Below are positions 25,884-38,878 of a stretch of DNA of 64,000 nucleotides, piece by piece. Source of the DNA: Balanoglossus misakiensis (taxonomy: Eukaryota; Animalia; Hemichordata). Location of the stretch: the NCBI GenBank assembly GCA_040954595.2, contig CM082590.2, forward strand, positions 3,472,001 through 3,536,000, in the 5' to 3' direction. The stretch's first letter is position 1. The number at the start of each line of letters is the position of its first letter. The position numbers were made by a program, and so were the translations under genes. The notes under the pieces are model-generated. The model did no database searches. It saw nothing but the letters and a program-made list of their open reading frames with translations, and had not been told where the DNA came from.

Positions 25884-27753
25884 CTGAAATTGACAAATTC
25901 ATTTGAATTAAAATGAACACAAGCTATGTTCCAATGTTGGACTTGAAAGGTGACTTGGCAATAATTTTACTGGAATCGATTTGTATCTGTAAGTGCTGAC
26001 TTATATTATGAGTTAAATGTGTGTAGCACCTATAGTTGTTTCAGACCAAAACTCTATTGTTTCAGAGAACATTTATAACGTGTCCTATAGATGTTTGTAA
26101 CAAGCGTAACACTATAAAATTCTAATATAATGCAGCGCACTATACATGTTTATGCACACTCATAGGTGCAACAGGTCTTAATATCATTTCATAAGTTACA
26201 TGGATATGTTGAAATTTTTAATCACACTAAGTACTCTAACAGATAAACATGGCGGACTTGATACACCCGACACACACAATCCCCTGTTTCTCCGTTGATG
26301 TAAGTTAATATTTAGGTATAGCCTGCTATGAGCCAAACGTTGGTACGTACGGTACATCAATGTTATAATTATTGAGTGTTGCTATGAAACATCAGAAAAA
26401 GAATTGTCTAAACCAGTATGGACGTTTCTGTCAAATTTGTCTTTTTTTTAAAAAGCGTTTGTAGTATCCATTGAATGGAACGGAAATCAGATATGCCTGG
26501 TTCACTTAATTTAACAAAAAACATAAAAGGAAAATTGTGGTCGCGCAAATAAGTGTGAAAGTGGAGTTCACTAAACAAATTGAATTCGCCCTTCTAATAA
26601 ACGTAAGAACTTTGTTTGTTGAATTTATGTGACCAATCTGATAAAAATCAGATGTAGAGTTAAGCGTTGTCTTTACCTGTAGTGATCATTTTGGCTGTTC
26701 TGTTCTCTGTCTTGGCCGTTCTCGGGTGGACGGTCCCTTTCCGAACAGAAAAGCCAAGAATCAGCAATAGTAAAGACACCGCCTATCTCTACATCCGATT
26801 TAATCAGTTAGTTTTGTGACAATCTGAGACAGTCTCTTAGCTTACAATGGCACATAATGCACGGGGCACATGCAATCAGTAGCTTCCTTTACAATAAAGA
26901 TTTCTTCCAAATGGCAACTCTTCAGCCTGCAATGACACAGATTCCACATATTCATCGGGTGTCCGCAAATGAAACATTTCAGCCTGGCCTTGTCACGACT
27001 CTGATATTCTCCCTGTATTCCCCATAGACAAGTACTATGTCCTTACTCTGGCATTGTTCTATGTCCATCGTACAATAACACGTTGATCTCCAATCATGGG
27101 TGTTTATTCACTCAAGTAATTTATACAGCAAAGATATCCATCGAAGAGCCAGAGGAAATAAATATTACCGTCAGTCAACAGCTGACCAACCTCAAAGATT
27201 CAAATCACGCCTTAAGAATAAATCTACACTTGTAATACAAATACCAGAGACTAAAGAAATCCGCACTTTCGTTTACGAGGGCAATCAACGCCACTCTTTT
27301 CCATGACCATATTCACATGAATTTCGGTCGACTTACGACGCGGGATTTTTAATCTCTGTGTTGTGTCGGTTTTGGGGTTTCAATTTGTTTGTATACACTT
27401 TCATTTATTATGACATTTGCATCCATCTAGACTTGTCAACAACCGCGCCACAGACTGTTACTGGTCACAATTTACAGATACTTGGACATTTCATCCAACA
27501 CTATGTTCATATTCATTTCAGTTTCAAATGTTCTTTCTAACCTCAAATTGCTATAAGAGAAACAAAGGAAGAAACAAGCTTTATTTTTTGAAAAGTTTTC
27601 TATTTCAAATGCATTCAGGTGGTTATATCAAACACAGGAAAGGTTCGCGTTCATCAATAAAGTCAAGGTCAAATCTTTTGTCGCTTCAGATTCGTTACCT
27701 GTGTGACTTGGTTGTACGTGTGAAATGCTCAGTGAGGTAGTGCAAATACTTAC

Positions 27754-27852
27754 CCAGCCACGGTATACACCCTTTGCATTGACATCGTAGCCATCAGCTA
27801 TCAACGATTGAATCCTTGCAACATCACCATCCTTAGCGGCATTAATGAGATC
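27754..27852 (-). CDS. Ankyrin-repeat gene, coding exon 2 (DLINAAKDGDVARIQSLIADGYDVNAKGVYRGW)
   Basis: 99 bp, phase 0-0, tag acceptor and gtaagt donor; N-cap ankyrin pattern L..AA..GD...I..LI..G.DVNA. Confidence 0.9.
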
Positions 27853-28167
27853 CTATAACATTCAGTGAAACATACAATTGTTATTTTTTAAATAATCCAT
27901 TAAAAATAAAATTCTTCACTCAAATGTTTCCTACTTGGTGGTGGTTGATGTGTACAATGTAGTCTAAGTTTATTAGTCATCATTATACATTTTATAATAT
28001 CGACATTTACGTGATGCGTTTGTACAAACGTACATGTTATTACAGATAAAATGATGTATGTGACTTGATCACGCAATGTCATGAATAAATAACTCAGTCA
28101 AGCACTTTTTTCCAACTGATTAAACCTGATGTCATCACAATGAAAAGTCAACGGAAACTAGCAGAAA

Positions 28168-29449
28168 CCCGGAAAAGTACAAACACTACGGCATATTACC
28201 ACATAATTCTTTTTTACTAGCAACAAATGCCAAACTAGCAACACCGGCTTTCTTTGAGGGGGCCGACACGTTATCTCTAAAATTGTAACAACGTCACAAT
28301 TTAGTAGACAAAGAGGCGCCCCCTATTGCGCAGTTGAAGTACGTGCGTGTTGAGAGAGAAGTGTCGACTCGAACGCTGCTCTACGAAGCTCGTAGTTACC
28401 TTCTTACCGGGACATTTGTACTTGAACGGACTGGGTTCCTCCCACTTCAGGTCGGTAGATTCCTGTGAAGCAGAGACGTGAATTTTGCCGTTCCTAGTGC
28501 CGCGGGTTGCAGTGTATCCCGTCTGTTGAACTTTTTTTAGAGACTGAGATGAGAATTAGCAGTGTAGGATAGAGACGACGTACCAAACTGCCGTGTTGTA
28601 TTCTGAATTTGTGTTAATACGACGTGATAAATACGACGGAAGAGTTTGAACGGCATTGCTGTGTGGACTGATAGTTTTGTGGCAAATTCGGGCGTGCGAG
28701 GCCGCCGCTAACCTTGCCGCGATCACCTGGCCACTTGAGAACTTTCTCGACCTACACATAAACTTGTTGTTTGTGGCAGCAATCGTGATAGGTTACGTTG
28801 TTTGAAAAAGAAAACGTTGACGCGGCAATGCGCCCAGCGGCGGACACCACATGAATTTTTTTCAGATCTGGCTTTTTCAACGTGTTTGTTTGGCGTTCAT
28901 TATTTAGTATATATCCATGTTCTTGTTCCGCTATTTCCCATTCCGAAAACCCCAAAGTTTTAAACGTGTACACTTTGACTAGAAAAGGCCTCAGACACCT
29001 TCATATGCTGTCCGGCAGCCGGGGTGGGATATCCGACTGCGGTGCAGCTCAAAGTGGCATGGAGCTGGTCATGTTGGGAGCGGTGCAGCACTTTCATACC
29101 CGCCGGCGTGCGGCAATCAGCAAGAACCCATCGGGAGGAACCCAGTCCGTTCAAGCGCAAATGTCCCGGTCAGAAGGTAACTACGAGCTTCGTAGAGCAG
29201 CGTTCGACACGCTAAACAACTCTCGTCATCCGTGTTCAAGTCAGTCTCCTACCCCTTTCTGTTCACGTCTCTCTCTCAACACGCACGTACTTCAACTGTG
29301 CAATTGGGATGGGGGGACGCCTCTTTGTCTAGTACATTATGACGTTGTTACAATTTTAGAGATAACGCGTTGCTGGCATGAAATAAATACGATGTTGCCA
29401 GTTTGCCGTTTGTTGCTGGTAAAAAGAATTCCGTAGTATTTTTCCAGGG
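28168..29449. mobile_element. Non-autonomous foldback DNA element with ~270-320 bp imperfect TIRs, in intron 1 of the ankyrin gene
   Basis: 28168-28443 is the reverse complement of 29133-29449 (e.g. CGAACGCTGCTCTACGAAGCTCGTAGTTACCTTCT / AGAAGGTAACTACGAGCTTCGTAGAGCAGCGTTCG); no transposase ORF. Confidence 0.8.
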
Positions 29450-29922
29450 TTTGGACCAACATGTATATGATGCTAACATATATGTGATGCAATTGTTCTT
29501 TCAGAATGGTCACTTGATTGGGTCATTTAAAAAATTTACACGTGGGCATGCACACATGTATCATTAACCTGTCGTGTCGTCTGTCGGCAAAGGATACAGA
29601 GAAGATTGAGTCAGCTCATGGGGAATTAATAATTATGCACGACCCCTTAGGACCAATACCATGCCTGCTTCACCTTGAATGAACTCATTTCGGGTCAAAG
29701 GTTATCATTCGATATGGCGTCAATTTGACTGCCCAATATATAGACACATTGCCGGAATAGTTACAAAGTAACACCGACATGGATTTCAATGGGTGTTTTA
29801 TCTTAAGCTAGAACTTGCTCATAAAATTGTGTTTACTTCGGACTTGCTCAACCGGTAAAATTATTTTTGAAAAATATCGTTTAATGGAGACTTGGACTTG
29901 TGAATGGAAAACATTGTGATTA

Positions 29923-30334
29923 GGCCAGAGAGAAAAAAAATCTTGTTCATCAGATTTTTTGGACCAAGTTCCAGGAGCGGCGAGCGAATATTTTTTTTAT
30001 TTTTTGTTAGGCTGAAGGTAAATGCGGTTCTCTGGCATATTTACACAGATGCAGACAAGGCGAGATAATTGTTTCCCTTTTACCAGAAATATCTCAGACA
30101 AAAACACTGATACATATACTTGTAACTGAATTCAATACTATATTTCCCAACAATAACATAGGCAATTAACTTTACAGTTGGTGTTTGCACAACATATTCT
30201 GGCCACCAGCGGCAGTACTAAGAATTTTGTAACACGGAAGTTGAATATTTGCCGAGATCCCCCCCAAAAAATTCCAAATCAGCCAAAAGTAGAAGCGGCG
30301 ATTCCGATGAACAATTTATTTTTTCTTCCTGGCC
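29923..30334. mobile_element. PIF/Harbinger-type MITE
   Basis: GGCCAG..AGAAAAAA / TTTTTTCTT.CTGGCC termini with TTA on both flanks. Confidence 0.7.
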
Positions 30335-30712
30335 TTAGTGTGACTTTTTTGTTAACTGGGTAATTGTTTATTTATGAATGCACTATCTAGCAATACACAC
30401 AAACACTAGAAGTTTCTACATTTTCCGTGTGTCGATCGGGCAAGCTGACCCGTTGAAAAATAAAAGAAACCTATTAGGCACCGACTAGCCACAAGTCTAA
30501 ACGTAACCGTCATGTGTTTTGAGACCAAAATTTCTCGTTACATTTACGTGCAAGGGGTTGAGGGGAGAAATTTTGTACAACGGTCCTCAGTCCCCCCCCC
30601 CCCCCAAAAAAAAATATAAACCACTCGTTAAAACAGTTGTCGTGCGCATCACTGCCAGACATCGTTGCCTTTGGTGTGAAATGTCGGTTGCTACAGTTAA
30701 GAGTTCACTTAC

Positions 30713-30742
30713 CTGTGGATCCTTATCTTCTCCAGAAGCCAT
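30713..30742 (-). CDS. Ankyrin-repeat gene, first coding exon (MASGEDKDPQ)
   Basis: gccATGG Kozak context, CAG|gtaagt donor, phase 0 joins exon 27754-27852 in frame. Confidence 0.75.
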
Positions 30743-30881
30743 GGCTACGTTATTGACATTGTGTTGGAATACTTTAGGAACTTGGATCTGTAGCACCGCT
30801 TTAGAGTTGAACAATTCAGCTTCGTGAATGTTCTATAATGGCGTCGTCGCCTACCTGGTCAGGTGATGTTGACAACAAGTT

Positions 30882-31000
30882 GGGGAAAACCCCGATAAAT
30901 AAGGAAGTACACTACAAAGGAAAGTAATGACAAGAGTTGGGTCAAAGTTCATAACGCTGTAAAAGTATGACATACACACTTCAATGCTGTGGTGACGTCA
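30882..31000. promoter_or_regulatory. Putative promoter motifs of the ankyrin gene: kappaB-like GGGGAAAACCCC, ETS core AGGAAGT, CRE TGACGTCA
   Basis: Motifs at 30882-30893, ~30902-30908 and 30993-31000, 140-260 bp upstream of the ATG; motif match only. Confidence 0.45.
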
Positions 31001-33100
31001 CAGCAGAATTCCTAGATTTCTGTTTAAATCACTAAACTAGTTGGCACCAACAATTTGAATATTTATGTTTAGGGGAGAACACAGTCGCATGAGGGTTGTG
31101 TTGTGTTTACACAACGATCGCCTATGGCACTTTTCTGTGTCATAGGTGATCGACATGTTATACAATTCAACCCCCACGCGACTGTGGGGGAGAATCACTG
31201 CATTCCATTGTGATGACGTACACACAAGACAGGCAATGAATTCAACTATTACAAAGGACCCTTGACCTAGTTGGCTTTCAGTCAATGCATGTCGTGCCAG
31301 ACAGATCGTGACAGGCCCCGTCGAAGTTAACAGCCCAGTGCAGAATAAGATATTGTATACATGTACTGTGCTGTCAACTACAGCAGTGTCTGTAATCATG
31401 TGATTGTGAGTGAATATCATTGCACGTCTACGACTATATTGACTATCGAGGATTTTGTTTCGTTTGTCAGTTGTGATTTCCTGTTAGTGTTGAGAAATTT
31501 CGTATTTCCCGACTTTGCAAATTGCCATTTTTTTCCAATATGTAGCATTATTGCCAAATACTACATTCTTGCCAACTGCGTCTTTAGATTTTGAGTTGTT
31601 GCATGAGAGATTGAAAATCAGAGATGTCATATAAAAATGAACCCACTCTCATACAATCAATTTTAAGTGGTCAATGACCTTTAATGTACTGTACATTAAA
31701 ATAAAAGATAGAATTCATAAGATATACAATTAGTAAAACTTTTCTAAAATATGATTCAAGTGACCATCCAAAATAATCTATAAACTCAAAAATGTTTTGT
31801 AGAATGAAGCTGAAGCAAGTGCTGGCAATTAATGATTTATCTCAAACTTATATTTTTAATCATTTCATCACCATGGTTTAGCTTAAATTCATTATCTTCT
31901 ACAGTAAAATTGGACCTCTATAGAAGGAAATGGGGTTGAAGGTTTAAGGTAGTCTTGTACCTTGAAAAATAAGTCTTAAATTTAGACCAAAAAATTGTGT
32001 CATGGTGCAAATTTTAAATGAGAGAACAAGACTAAGTCACATTTGAAATTCATAGTGGCCACCAATGTCAGTGTAAGCTCAATAGAGAATAGCTGAAGAA
32101 GTGATTTTTATGAAAACATGCCTGTTTTTTATAGAGCTGTTTAGAGAATTACTGCTCTAACAATTTTTAATTTGAGACAATTTTATCATGCAACTTTTAT
32201 GGTGGATAATTAACTTTTTTTTAAAAATTGAGTATTCAGGTAAATTTCAAGCTCAATTTTCAGACTGATTTTGAAGGTGCATGTTAAAACCAAACATGAG
32301 AAGCAAGTGGGAATAGTTCATGTCTTGTATTGCAATAATTTGGCGGCCCATGTTCCACTCGGGGGAAAAAATGCCAACAAAGGAGACACACATATACACA
32401 AAAAATTGCAAAAGTAAACAATTTATTTTAAAAACATCATGGATTAAAATACACATACAAATCCTTCTGGCAGTGAAAAAGCAGTAAAAGATTCAATTCT
32501 CAAGTCTTCATTAAAAGATATCTAAAATCTGCAGTTGCTGAAACTGCATTGCAAAGGATTGGTAAAATGTGTAATATTTATATCCAAGATGAGGTCATAC
32601 ATCGAAAAAACAGTTGAACCCTTCACCCCCTTTTCCTCTTCAGAGGTTCAACCCCACATAGAAAACAACAGGTTTGGACTGAACCATTGTGGTGAAAGGG
32701 TACAAAGCACCCCAGTTTCCACAAAACATAAGTTGTGATCTGTGAAAATCAACAAGATTTCATTGGCAGGCTCCTGTAAGCTTCGCAGAATGTTACTTTA
32801 AAATTCTCATTTATAAAAATGGACTTGCAGGGCAATCACACGCTGACCATCAAATTCAGTGTAACTTTTATTAAGGATGTACAACTGATAAAAGTGAAAG
32901 TTATTGTCATTTGTATGGAAGATTTTAAGTTGCCCAGGCTTTTCTAAGTGTACCAACAATCTGTAACAAAATATAGGGGTCACTGTGCTTGTTTTTGAAA
33001 TGCAAAGCTGTGAATTTAGTCAAACTTAAAAACAGCTGAGTATTTTTTTTACCAATGGGTGTCTATGGGCCGAAAAAAGTTATTTCAAAATTGAGTGTGT

Positions 33101-33612
33101 GCATGGTGACCACAATATTTTGTTTGAGTTCTGATTTTAATTTCCATGAAGTGACGATAGTAAAAGCGCGTTATCTTGTAATTCTCAATGTAATCCTCTG
33201 GGAGAGACAAATTCCATGTGCTCCAAGTTTGCATGGTGACCATGAGTTTGAGTTCTGATTTTAATTTCCATGAAATGACGATACTAGAAGCGCGTTTTCC
33301 GGGAATTCTCAATGTAATCCTCTGGGAGAGACAAATTCCTTGTGCTCCAAGTTTGCATGGTGACCACAATATTTTGTTTGAGTTCTGATTTTAATTTCCA
33401 TGAAATGACGATACTAGAAGCGCGTTTTCTGGGAATTCTCAATGTAATCCTCTGGGAGAGACAAATTCCTTGTGCTCCAAGTTTGCATGGTGACCACAAT
33501 ATTTTGTTTGAGTTCTGATTTTAATTTCAGTGAAATGACGATACTAGAAGCGCGTTTTCCGGGAATTCTCAATGAAATCCTCTGGGAGAGACATATTCCT
33601 TGTGCTCCAAGT
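33101..33612. repeat. Minisatellite, 4 copies of a ~130 bp unit
   Basis: GCATGGTGACCA unit starts at 33101, 33231, 33355 and 33485. Confidence 0.95.
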
Positions 33613-33914
33613 GTGCGAACGTCCTTAACTGACCATCAGCACCAATGCTGCAATAGAACAGAAATTTATGGTTAGAAATTGAAGCATTTCAGACCCTAAT
33701 TGCTCTAGCCCTGGACTGGTCATTAATTCAACAGGTATTGAAAACTATAAGTATATTGTCTATAAACACCGAGAAATTGACAACTACCAATGTTCTAGAG
33801 ACCAAAAATAGATTTAAGGGGACCACTTGCTTGCCAGGCTGGTTCATTTAAAGTCCCAAATTGCTGCTATTTCTTGCAATATTTTCGATTTACTTCAAAC
33901 TGTTAACATGCCAT

Positions 33915-34910
33915 TTAAAGGGTCAAAGTCTCTCCCTCACTGCCATTTTTCCATCAATTATGTTTGATATAAGACGCCGCTTATATTAAAGTAAATGTGT
34001 ATATGTAGTGAATGAATGTTCGACCACACACCTTCCATCCCACTTGTATGATATGAGAGTAAAATTTGGCCCAAAATGAATAAATGGTGGAGAACGATTA
34101 TTCATTTTGGTCAATTTTTTCACTCCTGTGTCTACAAGCGGGATAGAAGGTGTATGTCCTGTTTGTAGGATGAGAGAAAAAATGTCACCAAAATGAATAA
34201 ACGGTAAACACTTATTATTCATTTTATCGAGGGTTTCACTCTGCTCGTGTAAGTTGTGTGTGGAAGTTATTTCGATTTTGTCGACCAACTGAAATGAATT
34301 TCATTTGGCCATGCTATGTATGTCATCCCCACAAATTTCGAGGATGTACTGTTACTCAGGGGTCACGAAAGTGACCTATTCAATATACTGACACTGTAAT
34401 GCAATTCAAGTGAATGGGCGTATTCATCTGTACGTTTCTGTTCAATAGTTCTACAACCAGATACACAGGACTTACCTCCATACGGACCACCGCTCTGACG
34501 ACCACCGCCACCGTAACCACCAGAACCACCACCGCTGCCCCTCATTGGTCCATAATTTGACTGTCCACTGGCATAATTGCTTCCAAAGTCATTGTAGTTT
34601 CCACCACTGTTGCCATACCCTTTCATTTAAGAAAAAAACAATAGAAATACATTATGATAACAATAGTGCTATGCAAAATACCTTGAATTGTTCTACCTTT
34701 TGAAAAAACTCGCGAAAATGAATGTCAGTCTCTGCCATTTATGCATTTGCGGCCAGATTTTACTCTCATATCATAAAAGTGGGATGGAAGTTGTGTGCGG
34801 TTGAACGTTCATTCATTACATATACACATGAACACCAACATAAATGGTGTATTGTAACAAACATACGTAATGGAAAAAAGGGCAGCGAGAGAGAGACTTT
34901 GTCCCTTTAA
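33915..34910. mobile_element. Degenerate ~190 bp inverted repeats with TTAA-AGGG termini (Kolobok-like) enclosing the hnRNP exon
   Basis: TTAAAGGGTCAAAGTCTCTC at 33915 versus GAGAGACTTTGTCCCTTTAA ending 34910; similarity extends inward to ~34105 and ~34715. Confidence 0.65.
34476..34619 (-). pseudogene. Isolated hnRNP A1/A2-family Gly-rich M9 (PY-NLS) exon
   Basis: 144 bp, phase 1-1, aag acceptor and gtaag donor; YGNSGGNYNDFGSNYASGQSNYGPMRG...RQSGGPYG matches the hnRNP A1/A2 NYNDFG...NFGPMKG...GPYG region. I found no RRM exons upstream in the window. Confidence 0.75.
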
Positions 34911-35582
34911 TGTTCAGTCAATCTAGCCAAGAGGGACCCAAAGTTTAGGGTGGCCTTTATAGACGGGTTGATTAATAAAACATGTATATATAAAAATCTT
35001 GGAAATGATAAAATTCTACAGCCAAATTCAGATTTGAATGCACACCTTGAAATGGTTGGCTGCCTGTTTCAATCCAACGTCAGTATCCAAGATTTGAACT
35101 CAAGCAATTTGGCTGTGAAGTGCAGCCATGTTGAACAAGACATAAGCCTTCTCCAAAGAGGATGATGTCATACCTATACAAAACAAGAAAAATGCAAGAT
35201 TGAATCATTCATATTGATTACATTATGTTGTCATTAGGCCCGCAAAATTAACATGTGCTGTTCCGATTAGTACCATTCTGTTAAAGAGTGATGAGGAATG
35301 ATCAAATTAATTATTTTTGGATTTAATTTATATTTCTTGTGGTGGCTGGGAACACAGTTTACACTGTAGAACAAATTTACAGTGAAAGAGTTTTAAACTG
35401 CGCCCTGTCCAATTATACCATGGAAGTTTTTGAGTGAGATGTGATGTACCAGTGGTTGGGTATACTTAGACAACAAGATTATCAAGTAAACAAAAAGCAA
35501 TAAAAATCGCAGGTAGTGTTTCATATCTCTTTGAAATATAGTAGAAGGAGGTCGTGTAACCTATTTCTCACAACTTTTTGGT

Positions 35583-35675
35583 TTAACCCTTTCAACCCCA
35601 GTTCCCTATATAGAGGTCCAACTTTATCATAGAAAACAATGGGTTTGGACTGAACCATGGTGGTGAAAGGGTTAA
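35583..35675. mobile_element. ~90 bp piggyBac-type MITE (decayed copies at ~32614-32705 and, inverted, ~31856-31947)
   Basis: TTAA-CCCTTTCA...TGAAAGGG-TTAA. Confidence 0.75.
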
Positions 35676-36115
35676 ACCTGAGTGGACAGACCTACAATGC
35701 ACAAAATCAGGGTTGAAAGTGTTGAGAGTTTTATACATGTATTACATATATGAATCATTTGCCATGATACATGTACGTGTGAAACATATATTGTATCATC
35801 TCCCTATTTTACAATCAGTGTGCCCTCTAAGCCCATATGACGCGCCACTGACTCAACAAACTCACTGGAGATTCAAGAAAATTATCCACTATACATGAAA
35901 ATGTATGGGGCTGACTCAGAGAAAGTGTTCAGAAATCTCGAATATCAATTTTGGAATATTTTGTTTGGCTCAGGCTGACATCTTTTACTTGTGGGATGAG
36001 GCAACAGCATAAGAATACCGTACAGCATAAAGTAAAAAGTGTTAAGGTACCCTACATTTGAATTGAATCAGATTGTGATAATAGATAATTTTTACTATTT
36101 GAGAAATTGACTTAC

Positions 36116-37997
36116 CCATGTTGCATCATCATTTTCTGTGTTCCTTCACCACAGTTGATCAGATAACGGCAACTAGAACAACAAAATATACGTATAATGT
36201 GTCAAATCCCTTTTTATAGTCTTTGAAAAACTATCACTAGGGAAGGATATGGTACAATTAGAGTTGCTACCTATGATTTTTTAGTTTGAAAATTGTTTTA
36301 CAGTTGCACGATGAAGTAAATATCCACTTCACGGGAACATTGCAAGATTAAATTGAACTGTCATTTGCAGTATTTATTTTTGTGACTTCACTCTCTGAAA
36401 GTTGATTGTATCAGACAAATTATCAGGTTCTCTCTTACTTCTTAGAATCTAGCCGTGTTTTGTCTACTTTGCATCCAAAACTAATGTCTAGCCTTGTGGA
36501 TGCCACTGGCCCAATAAAGCCTGATACCCCTTGTTGGGAATTGTGATGTAATTAGTGTCCCTTTGAAGTCAATTACAGACTTTGTTTTTCAAATGATTGG
36601 ACAGAGGATATACATGTACACATGTGTAATTAAATTTCAATGTAATTAGCCCTGCCTTTACGATAACCTTACACTCTATCAACACTGTTAAGTTAATGTG
36701 ATTTTCCCACCTTTTCCTGCTTGATTCATTGTGGCTATGTGTATCTATGACAATGTGACTGTCTGTGATCCCCAGTTTATAAATCCCGACCTGACCTGAC
36801 CAGGTTGATAAGTATAAGAGAAACTATGTATCGATAATCCATGTTTTTCTGATCGGCACGATCATCATGCAAATAAGTGAAAACTGTAAATAACCGTCAG
36901 AATAATCCTGTTAATAGGTAATAAAAAAAAAACATTGTGTCAATCGAGAAATGCTAATAATCAAAATGTTGATCACGTCGATAGGAACAGCCTTTAAAGT
37001 TCCATTGATCACCCTCATTGCCATCAGCCACCCCCACTTCATAACTCTAACCAAATAATGATGTAATGATAGTTCCAAATAAAGCCATCAATACCAATTT
37101 TGAGATGTTGGTGATATTCTCACGCTGTACCCAATGTGATAACAATGAATGCAATGTGGATAGCATTCTACCCACAGGGAGCTCTCCTTCCTTGTTTGTA
37201 ATGTGTGTGTGTGTTGATATTGATTAATATAATAAAACAAATCTGTGAAAATATATGTTCACCTTTGTTTGTTGACAGGTTAAGTTTAGGGTACACATGT
37301 ATTCAACAGTCCCTAACCTGTCAACGAACAAAGAATCATGACCATATTTGCAAACATACATATTTTTTTCAAACATTTTTAAATTAATCAATCACAACAC
37401 ACACACTTTTACAAACAAGAACGAAGAGCTCCCTGTGTTCTACCCACAAACGTCGGAATCATACTGCAGTGGTCGCCTGATTCAACCAGTAAAGGTCACA
37501 TGAGGTCATCAATTGTTGTCGGTTTTATGGTTGACAGTTCTCTGAAAACACGTGTTTTTTTCATAGACTTAACGTTGATATTTTGGCAATTGGTGTGAGT
37601 AGTCATGAAGTGTAATGTTTGGAGCATTGCTTGACCCTAGTTACTGTTGTGCGATAGGGTGAAATCGTCAGCTGAAATTTATTGTCGATCGTCCATAGGC
37701 TCCAGTTTATTATTCGACGTCTGTGTTTCTACCCACGCACTAAGTCGTGAACACTATCAGTGATATCTAAAAACCATGGAGGTATCCCCATGCTAAAAAC
37801 ACACAAAATACTGCAATGTTTCAATACTCACTCTGCCAAATCTGTACAGACGAATAGTGATGGTGGAGAGTGTAAGGGTGCCTGAACCCATGACTTGCTG
37901 AGAAAACAGTTGCTCGCTCCTTGGCTTCACATGTTTTGGAGAAACATGACACCGTTCTGGATGTATAACGAACACAGGTCAAGCACCGTCTTACCAT
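36116..37997 (-). pseudogene. ELAC2: RNase Z (ELAC2-like) 5' gene fragment: exon 1 37832-37997, exon 2 36116-36166 or 36172
   Basis: Exon 2 encodes YLINCGEGTQKMMMQH, matching the ELAC2 YLFNCGEG.QR motif. Exon 1 has a basic presequence-like N-terminus, then TVF / QVMGSGTL / SPPSLFVCTDLA in three different frames (two frameshifts). Donors are gtgagt and gtaagt. No later exons were recognised. Confidence 0.8.
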
Positions 37998-38878
37998 AGA
38001 ACAGGCGACATTGGAGTGACAGAAACACGTGCCATTAAAACAAATTGGCAGATTCGAGTTTCTAGCCTGCATGCCATGTTAACATCGAAGACGTTGTACG
38101 GGTCAAAGGCAAAGGGTCGAAGGTCAGCAACAGCGCCCCCTTGGGGTATATTCTGTGGAACTTTTGAAAGTTCCTGATCTCGTATACTAAGGACGCCAGC
38201 AGAATTTCCCGCGGCATTTTAATTCACATTCAAATATGAAAGAAATAAAACTAACCAGCTCTGAATTGGTTTGTTTAAAGGGGAGTTAGGATAGGGTCTT
38301 CCTTCGGTAGCTTTGACCCGCAATTCGGCCTAAATCTACGAAACAAAGGCTTTAGAGAAGATATCTTATTTTTCCAATTTTCTAACGGAAGGCGTGTTTA
38401 TGGCTAAATCATGTATATCCTTTCCTAAACATAGACCTAAAGAAAATAAACCCGGTGAAGACTGGTTGGTTTAAAGTGAGTTTGACTATGAATATGACTC
38501 GATCATTTGAAACTTCATATGACAGGTGAATTAAGTAACGCACTATATAGCGCGAATCAACTTTCAAAGGCCATCTCCGAAAATGATCATTGGAATTTCA
38601 CAAAAATTTCAGAACTAATTCCCAGAATTGCACTCAGTGGGCATAGCTGGCAAACATACTTATATCAATAATAATGTTTCAAGGACAATTTTGATTAGGC
38701 CTATATAAGAAATCGTTTTGTAGATTCGGCGGTCAAAACTATAAAACGAAGACTAAGTTTAAAGGTAGAGGTCTACTCAAATTCGAAAATACAATCTAAT
38801 AGAGAGAAAACTACACGCCACTGATAAGTTAAACTGTTATTTTTCTAGAAGCGTCCGGAAGCTTTAATGCTGTCAATT

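Noticed and set aside
26640-26760. Possible extra ankyrin-gene exon ending at a CAG|gtaaag donor near 26676
   Set aside because: Stop codon in the phase-0 frame and no ankyrin similarity; at most a non-coding alternative exon.
28882-29436. 184-aa ORF as a transposase
   Set aside because: Runs through the inverted-repeat arm and shows no catalytic motifs.
32400-32830. Possible hnRNP 3' UTR
   Set aside because: Only a compositional impression; cannot be supported without alignment.
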